Shown piece by piece: positions 57,186 through 64,000 of a stretch of DNA of 64,000 bases. The stretch spans positions 4,015,319 through 4,079,318 of the forward strand of contig CM082594.2 in the NCBI GenBank assembly GCA_040954595.2, written 5' to 3'. This DNA comes from Balanoglossus misakiensis (taxonomy: Eukaryota; Animalia; Hemichordata). The notes under the pieces are model-generated. The model was not told the origin of the DNA. It saw only the letters and a list, made by a program, of their open reading frames with translations, and did not search any database. A program made the position numbers and the translations under genes. Positions within the stretch are counted from its first letter, which is position 1. Every line of letters begins with the position of its first letter.

Positions 57186-57998
57186 CTAATAGTTCATGAA
57201 TATGGCGATTATCATGACCAGAAACGCGACTGCTGTTGGAGCAGTGTGATGTGCCGCACTACCTTCAGGATGTGCAAAGTAACATTCGCCGCGCGTGTTG
57301 GCACCACTGGTCGATAACAATTCCCCTTTGAAGCAACCGAGGAAATACGGATAGTCAGCCGTGATGTGGTACTGATACACGCCCCCAACGACGCGACCGT
57401 GGCATGTGTCCAGGTCGGCCGTGGTCAGCTCGTTTCCGTCTTCGTCGGCGGGTCCGTAGATGGCGTAGCCGTCCAGCGCGACGCCGATCAGTGGCGACGT
57501 CTCGCTGTAGCGGCTGAGGATGCAGGGCGGCGCCTTGTGGTAGTGGTAGCTGCCCGGCGGGTCCGGGTGCCCGTCGCAGGAGTCGAACACCTCGGCGTAG
57601 TCGCCCTCCACGGCGTTGTTGCCCTCGATCGTGAACGGGTTGAAGATGGGAATCCCGTTGACGGACACGCCGATGGGGCCCATGGGTAAGCAGCCCACCT
57701 CCGCGGCCTCGGTCGGGGTCACCGGCACCTCGAAGTGGTAACTCTGCTCCTGGATGTGGTTCGGGTTGTCCGGGTTCGGGAAAATGCCCGTGGTGTGGTC
57801 TGGGATACCGTTGCTGTTGATGATGTGTTTACCGTCCTGCGTTGTCAACGTGATCGTTCCGACCAGACCGGTGTTGGTTTCCGTAATGCCCGTGGTTACG
57901 AATTTAGCGACCTGCTCATCCGTTAGAGCGACAGCGTGATGAAAACAATGAATCGCCAAGACGACCGTCAAAATGGCCATTTTATAAAACTGCGTCAT
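57186..57998 (-). CDS. YHYH-domain protein, 270 aa, with signal peptide and C-terminal hydrophobic (GPI-like) tail; coding sequence uninterrupted
   Basis: Motifs SNGIPDH, PMGPIGVSVNGIPIFNP, DSCDGHPDPPGSYHYH, SPLIGVALDGYAIYGP, DLDTCHGR, YQYHIT.DYPYFLGCFKG. N-terminal ILTVVLAIHC; C-terminal AVAFLVMIIAIFMNY. Candidate 5'UTR intron 58375-58040 (GA|GTGAGT ... TTTACAG|). Confidence 0.88.
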   Translation of the reverse strand: MTQFYKMAILTVVLAIHCFHHAVALTDEQVAKFVTTGITETNTGLVGTITLTTQDGKHIINSNGIPDHTTGIFPNPDNPNHIQEQSYHFEVPVTPTEAAEVGCLPMGPIGVSVNGIPIFNPFTIEGNNAVEGDYAEVFDSCDGHPDPPGSYHYHKAPPCILSRYSETSPLIGVALDGYAIYGPADEDGNELTTADLDTCHGRVVGGVYQYHITADYPYFLGCFKGELLSTSGANTRGECYFAHPEGSAAHHTAPTAVAFLVMIIAIFMNY

Positions 57999-58494
57999 TT
58001 TTGTGATGATTTCCTATATATATTACGTTGTGACACGTCCTGTAAACAGAACGTATCAAAAAATCAATTTTCCTGGTCAATTTACGCTACAATGTGAAGT
58101 TCTTATATAAACGACTATTGACAATTATGAATGCGGATGTGATGTATGACTGTTATAAAACAAATCGATATATTGGTATTCAAATTATGATAATTTTAAT
58201 ATCATTGTGAATATCAGATCAGTCATAGAAAAGCGAGATGGTATCAGATACGCCCAGCTGTAGAGACAGCAGCAGAACGATATCAGCAAAGACTCACAGA
58301 AGTAAATAAAGGGCGTATCTCTACGACTGATTGTTATAAAAATAATGGAGCATGTATGTTCATTGGTATACTCACTCCTCTTTTCCTCTCTAAAAACCGG
58401 CGGCATAGTTTTGAATATATAAGGTAGGCATTGCAAAGAAAATTGATCCAAAACAAAAGCCGTCTCACACCATGGAGCGACGCTCACACTATTA

Positions 58495-59295
58495 GGCTGC
58501 ATTCACAAACACCTCTGGAGGGGGGGGCGGGAGAATTCAATTTTTTTTACCGCTAATTTTCACATGCCCCCCTTCCGAACTGCCAATATTTTCAAATCCC
58601 CCCCTTCCGAACTGCCAAAATTTTGAAATCCCCCCCCCCCATTTTCTTTCACAGAGCAAAACACATCACCTATCTATCTTGTAAAAAGAAAAACAGCGCT
58701 CCCATGAAAAGAATTTGAAACTGATGTTTCCCCTTATCAGTGGGTATTAAAACTGAACATTGTTTTTATTTTTTAAGTACATATATTTGTATTCTGTGTT
58801 GGGAGACATTGTAAACCGAGAATTGTAGGGGGTGGGTTTGGGAGGGGGTGTCCCCCTCCCATGTAAGAAAATTTTCTAAAATACAGAGCTCAAAGCTGCA
58901 TTTTAATGAACCCGGCAAAAGCAAATTAACTCAACTACCGGTATGTTGGGGAGGACAAATTTAACCGTCGTCGCTCAAAGTTATCATGGGGTGGGGCAAG
59001 TCCCCTGACCTGGGACACTAGATAAACCAGTCAATGATTGAAAGGTGTTGATGAATGGAGGGGGTGGGTGTGGGAGGGGGTGTCCCCCTCCCACATTAGA
59101 AAATTTTGTAAAATAAAGGGCGCGAAACTGCATTTTTGTGGACTCAAAATAAATATTTAGTCGTTAAAGTTTTCAAGTCCCCCCTTTCAGTCCCTAAATT
59201 ATTTCAAATCCCCCCCCTTACATACCCTCAATTTTTTCAAATCCCCCCCCTCAATTCTCCTGCCCCCCCCTCCAGAGGTGTTTGTGAATGCAGCC
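58495..59295. mobile_element. 801-bp non-autonomous PIF/Harbinger-type element
   Basis: TTA|GGCTGCATTCACAAACACCTCTGGAGGGGGGGGCGGGAGAATT ... AATTCTCCTGCCCCCCCCTCCAGAGGTGTTTGTGAATGCAGCC|TTA: ~43-bp TIR, 3-bp TTA target duplication, subterminal AAATCCCCCC repeats, no transposase ORF. Confidence 0.85.
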
Positions 59296-59514
59296 TTAGT
59301 GGGAGATCTTTATAAGCAGACGATATATGCAGTCGAGATTGTCTTAATGTCACTGGAGTACTGACGTTTAAAACCGCCAGTTATTTCAATGTCACAGAAA
59401 CCCGATCTGAAGGTCAAGAAAGGGGACCAGGCCAGGCCTACCTGTTGTTCGCTGAAGCACGGTGACCGTGGCTGTTGTGATGTTTTTTAGCTGTGGGAGT
59501 GGTAGACGTGATTC

Positions 59515-60780
59515 AGCCACCGAACTTGCAGTGCGGTTTCAGTCAGTGTGTCCACGAAGCGCCGCCCTTAGCTCTGACGCGTTGCCTCAAGATCAGTTGA
59601 TCTAATCGGCGAATATACAAGACCGTGAAAAAAGGTTAAAAGCTACATGGTTGCGTCACCAATCCATTGTTAGGATACCGGCATCAGACATGCGCAGACG
59701 TTGATAAGGATCCCCGTACCACAAGGTACCCGGCTCCGCCGAAGACGACAATAGGAAAGTGTAGGCCTACCGCAATTCGCGCGCAAGGTACCGTCGCCGC
59801 CGAGAAGGCCGACAAAGGGAATAAAAGTGCTTTCCTTTGCAGGGCGTTCATGCGGTTGACCTCATTTCAAACGCAAGAAAACATAACTGAGACGTGTTTG
59901 CTCGTATCCCCAAATAACGATAAACAGTGCACATAGTAGGTATAGCGCGTGCAAACAATGAGTCACACTCTCGTTTTTTTGTCAATTATGGCTAACTTTT
60001 GCTTTTAAAGATTTTTGTATACCAGAAAGACGAGTCACGGGGACACAGGACCACTCCAGAAAATGTCAGTGGGAGGGCGCTGGACCTATATCTAGCGTTA
60101 ACAGCATTACTATAGTATATAGTACAATTTATTAGCAATGATTACGTAGCCACCGAACTTGCAGTGCGGTTTCAGTCAGTGTGTCCACGAAGCGCCGCCC
60201 TTAGCTCTGACGCGTTGCCTCAAGATCAGTTGATCTAATCGGCGAATATACAAGACCGTGAAAAAAGGTTAAAAGCTACATGGTTGCGTCACCAATCCAT
60301 TGTTAGGATACCGGCATCAGACATGCGCAGACGTTGATAAGGATCCCCGTACCACAAGGTACCCGGCTCCGCCGAAGACGACAATAGGAAAGTGTAGGCC
60401 TACCGCAATTCGCGCGCAAGGTACCGTCGCCGCCGAGAAGGCCGACAAAGGGAATAAAAGTGCTTTCCTTTGCAGGGCGTTCATGCGGTTGACCTCATTT
60501 CAAACGCAAGAAAACATAACTGAGACGTGTTTGCTCGTATCCCCAAATAACGATAAACAGTGCACATAGTAGGTATAGCGCGTGCAAACAATGAGTCACA
60601 CTCTCGTTTTTTTGTCAATTATGGCTAACTTTTGCTTTTAAAGATTTTTGTATACCAGAAAGACGAGTCACGGGGACACAGGACCACTCCAGAAAATGTC
60701 AGTGGGAGGGCGCTGGACCTATATCTAGCGTTAACAGCATTACTATAGTATATAGTACAATTTATTAGCAATGATTACGT
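59515..60780. repeat. Head-to-tail 633-bp duplication (59515-60147 and 60148-60780), apparently identical copies
   Basis: AGCCACCGAACTTGCAG at 59515 and 60148; identical 89-aa ORFs at 59667 and 60300; 2-bp AG microhomology at the junction. Confidence 0.95.
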
Positions 60781-61283
60781 AGGGAGTGGGTCGGAACCCT
60801 AAATGTCATGTTTTTTCTTTACAAATCTGTCTCAGATTTTTTTCCTCAAAAATCCCCGGGTGGCGTTTGGAAGGATCATGTGTATAAAAAAAGTATAATT
60901 TTGAACAAATCATCTCTGTTTATTACATAATATTAAAACTGAACAACATTGACAAGGTTAAAAATTCCTAGACAACATCGCGATCATGCTCACATGACAT
61001 CCCGTTATATTTTTTGTCTTACAAATTAATAACTGCAGCATAACATGAACGATTACGCGTATTAGGCCTAAAGGATAATATATACTAATAGCATCACAAA
61101 GATTCCACAGAAAAGAAAAAGTTCTAAAATACCTGACCGTACTTCAAGTAGACACCACTCCATTGTCTCGTTTCTCACGAATATGTATCAACGTTTTGTT
61201 GGCAACAAATGCCAGCGTCAACCCCTGTAGTCGATCATGTCTTTACTATCCAGTGCTTTCAAAACTGCTTCTCAACAAATATT

Positions 61284-61354
61284 ACAAAGTCTCTCTCTCG
61301 CTGCCCTTTTCCCATTAATTCTGTTTGATACAAGACACCATTTATGTTAATGTA
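61284..61354. mobile_element. Solo arm fragment of the family C foldback element
   Basis: ACAAAGTCTCTCTCTCGCTGCCCTTTTCCCATTAATT...TTTGATACAAGACAC...TTTATGTTAATGTA matches 24321-24391. Confidence 0.75.
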
Positions 61355-61470
61355 AATTGTCACGTGTTATATAGCTAAAACCGACCAAAATATTAAAATG
61401 TGAGAAGCTGCACCATTACGCAGACACGCTATACACTAAAATATATATTATGCAGCTACGAATCGATTAA

Positions 61471-61656
61471 AGGTATACGGTCACCTATGGAAAATTTGCT
61501 ATAGTTACCATGGCAAATTGAGATCTAGCCAATCACAGATTTTCAGTGGGTGGCACACGCGAAAGAAAAGAGCGCCACCATATGTTCTTTAGAACGCTCA
61601 AATACTCCATTTCAGGCATATATGGGCGTATGTAAATTGGAGGTGACTGTATACCT
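61471..61656. mobile_element. Family B Kolobok-type MITE, copy 5
   Basis: TTAA|AGGTATACGGTCACCT...AGGTGACTGTATACCT|TTAA. Confidence 0.8.
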
Positions 61657-62769
61657 TTAAACTACTTCAATATTTTACCTGATTGCGAAAGACAATTAAT
61701 TTTGGGATGACAAGAAAGGCGTCCACATTTGTGACTCATATAAACCTGGTTAATTTACCATGTAACAGGTAAATCGATTATTCCCTGCATATCAGGAGTA
61801 ATCCTTACGTCACAGTTTATAAACAGATGTCGGGCTAATTCTTCGATATCAGATGACGTCAGACGCGCTCATGGCAGGCGGCGGGTACGTTAGCATTCAA
61901 ATTTCCAGATGACGGGCAACTTCAGCAACGTGGACTTACGTGGTGCAGACAAAGACTGTGCGGACGAAACTCCATGAGGCTGATAAAGCACCATACCTGA
62001 TACATGTTACGTGTCTGGTGGTTCTAAAGTAAAAACATACTCGGAAAAACTTTTAATGGATGCCGAAATATTGGTTGCCCATCATCTGGAAATGACAACG
62101 ACGTGGGTCACATGGCCAGATCACGTGATTGATAGTAAAGAATTAGAATAATGTCTCCATCCACCGTCGGTCTCTGCGGTAAAGACAACGGGACAGCATA
62201 TGTGCCAGCAAATTATGACCCCGAAAAGATCTGGTGAATTATTTTGTTGATTTAAAATAGTAACGTCAGGTCGCCCACATCATCAGACATTGTTTCTTGT
62301 TTTTCATATCAATACCACATGGAGTTATACACTACCAAATTTTAAACTAAACTAAACTAAAAGAATATTGATAGAGTCCCACCTGTTTATCAACAACATT
62401 AATTTATTTGAGCGTGCGCATCAATAACAACATGGCAACCTCACACACTTTGTTTTTCATCAGAAAGGGTATAACGGACCTTACACGTTTGTGATCAATG
62501 TACTTGAACTATATTGAGTTTCTAAAACCGTTATCAATATCTCATTGAAGGGTGAAATTTAGCCAAAAGTGTAACTGCAGCTGCGCAGCGCCACCTTAGT
62601 CACAGTAGTTCCATCAGTACCAATGTCCCACAATGCTGTTACCATGGGAGGTACACACCCTTGCGCGAATGGAATGCGCGAACCACGGCAGCCAGCCAGT
62701 GATCGGGAAACGCGCAGGTGTGGATTTTACTGCCTCGTCTGACCGAGGAGACAGCACTGGGGCCAAGCC

Positions 62770-63858
62770 ATGAAGAACACGCGGATAATTGTTCTTGCGT
62801 CGTTATCAGTTTTCTGCTTGTCAGTGGTAGGCGTCTACACGTATTATTTTGACACGACTGGGCCTGAGGTACAGACATGGCCAGCGGTGGTACACGTAGA
62901 GCCCAGCAGCGGACGAAGATCATCAACAGAAGACGACAACACAGCGGGTATAAACGTGAACGTTCTTGTTCATGCAAGAATGCGCACTGGGTCGACGCTT
63001 GCCGGGAGCTACTTTGCCGCTCATCCGGACTTCTTCTACGTCTACGAGCCTGGGTACATGCTGATTGAACACAAAGGTATGGATTTCTACGAAGACAGCT
63101 TCGACTATTTAGAAAGCATCCGCCACGAACTGACCGACTTCATGCACGCGTTCTACAACTGCAATTTTACCAACCGTGACTACTACTTCGATAGTTTGAT
63201 GCGACATTCATTTATGAGAACACAGGCGAAGATTCCATGGCAACGTAACCGGGAAGCCATGCAAAGCAGCGTCACAAAACTGTGTAGATCGAAGCGCCAT
63301 GTTGTAACCAAGACCATACGCCTGAACAACGTACTGCTTGCTGCCCCTATGCTAAAAAAAGACCACGTCAAAATTGTCCACTTAGTTCGCGATCCGCGTG
63401 GGATGACGTCTTCAAGATCCGTTTACGGGGACTTGAGGAGAAAGCAAGATCCCAAACACGACGAGAAGCAACGGCAAATGATCAAGAATTACTGCGCTTG
63501 GTTGGATAACAACTCCGTCAGCTCAGCCAACGCCGACCCCTGGTTCAAAGACAATTATTTCCTGATCCGCTACGAGGACCTTTCTGATCGACCCGCCGAG
63601 TTTGTTCCAAAACTGTACGACTTTGTCGGGGTTCCGATGCACCCGACCATACAGAAAAAGGTACAGCAACCGGGGAATAAAATCGGCAACGGAGAAAAAT
63701 GGAGAACGAAACTGACCTACGAAGAAGTGAAAGAGATTCAAGAACTTTGCCCAGAGGAAGTTCTTAAGAGAGTCGGTTATGGGACAGTACATAGCGCGGA
63801 AGAATTAAGAAATGCAAGCGTTAGCTTTCTTCTTCCTATTTCCTCCGTGGAGAAATAA
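62770..63858 (+). CDS. Golgi carbohydrate sulfotransferase (Gal/GlcNAc/GalNAc-6-O-sulfotransferase, CHST1/3/5-like), 362 aa, single coding exon
   Basis: GCCATGA start; type II TM helix; 5'-phosphosulfate-binding ARMRTGSTLAG; FFYVYEP; KTIRL; 3'-phosphate-binding IVHLVRDPRGMTSSR; YFLIRYEDL; KWRTKL...IQELC...GY. Confidence 0.92.
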   Translation: MKNTRIIVLASLSVFCLSVVGVYTYYFDTTGPEVQTWPAVVHVEPSSGRRSSTEDDNTAGINVNVLVHARMRTGSTLAGSYFAAHPDFFYVYEPGYMLIEHKGMDFYEDSFDYLESIRHELTDFMHAFYNCNFTNRDYYFDSLMRHSFMRTQAKIPWQRNREAMQSSVTKLCRSKRHVVTKTIRLNNVLLAAPMLKKDHVKIVHLVRDPRGMTSSRSVYGDLRRKQDPKHDEKQRQMIKNYCAWLDNNSVSSANADPWFKDNYFLIRYEDLSDRPAEFVPKLYDFVGVPMHPTIQKKVQQPGNKIGNGEKWRTKLTYEEVKEIQELCPEEVLKRVGYGTVHSAEELRNASVSFLLPISSVEK

Positions 63859-63878
63859 CATTTAACTTATGATAAGTA

Positions 63879-63879
63879 C

Positions 63880-63922
<43 letters not shown>

Positions 63923-63968
63923 CAGACAGACAGACAGATAGATAGACAGACAGACAGATAGACAGATA
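63879..63968. repeat. (AGAC)n/(AGAT)n microsatellite in the sulfotransferase 3' region
   Basis: Directly visible. Confidence 0.95.
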
Positions 63969-64000
63969 AATGTGATTGAACAATGTAGATTGATGGACAT

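Noticed and set aside
59667-60569. Two identical 89-aa ORFs
   Set aside because: TTG start, no recognisable domain, no splice support; the identity comes from the 633-bp duplication.

Overview
AT-rich, intron-containing animal genomic DNA (probably a marine invertebrate deuterostome; this is inference), not prokaryotic, so most ORFs in the supplied track are exon fragments or noise. Reading splice sites by hand gives these gene models, left to right: probable non-coding 5' exons of an unidentified minus-strand gene; a two-exon 66-aa single-pass membrane microprotein absent from the ORF track (5998-7234, +); carnitine palmitoyltransferase 1 (14664-27379, -, 17 exons plus a candidate 27-nt microexon); an isochorismatase-domain ISOC1/2-like gene (29680-31570, -); three DIPK2A/DIA1-like secretory-pathway kinase paralogues (36617-42824, 48145-51257, 52457-56475, all +) with NACA (44966-47229, -) between the first two; a GC-rich YHYH-domain gene with signal peptide and GPI-like tail (57186-57998, -); and a single-exon Golgi carbohydrate sulfotransferase (62770-63858, +). 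Several MITE families (Kolobok-, piggyBac- and Harbinger-like ends), microsatellites and tandem duplications are present. The most interesting observations are the DIPK2 triplet (one probable pseudokinase, a 3' gene-conversion signature, and a duplicated splice acceptor producing a poison isoform), the CPT1 microexon with an SRRM3/4-type signature, the microprotein, and the YHYH gene. All family assignments rest on motif recognition; no database search was run.
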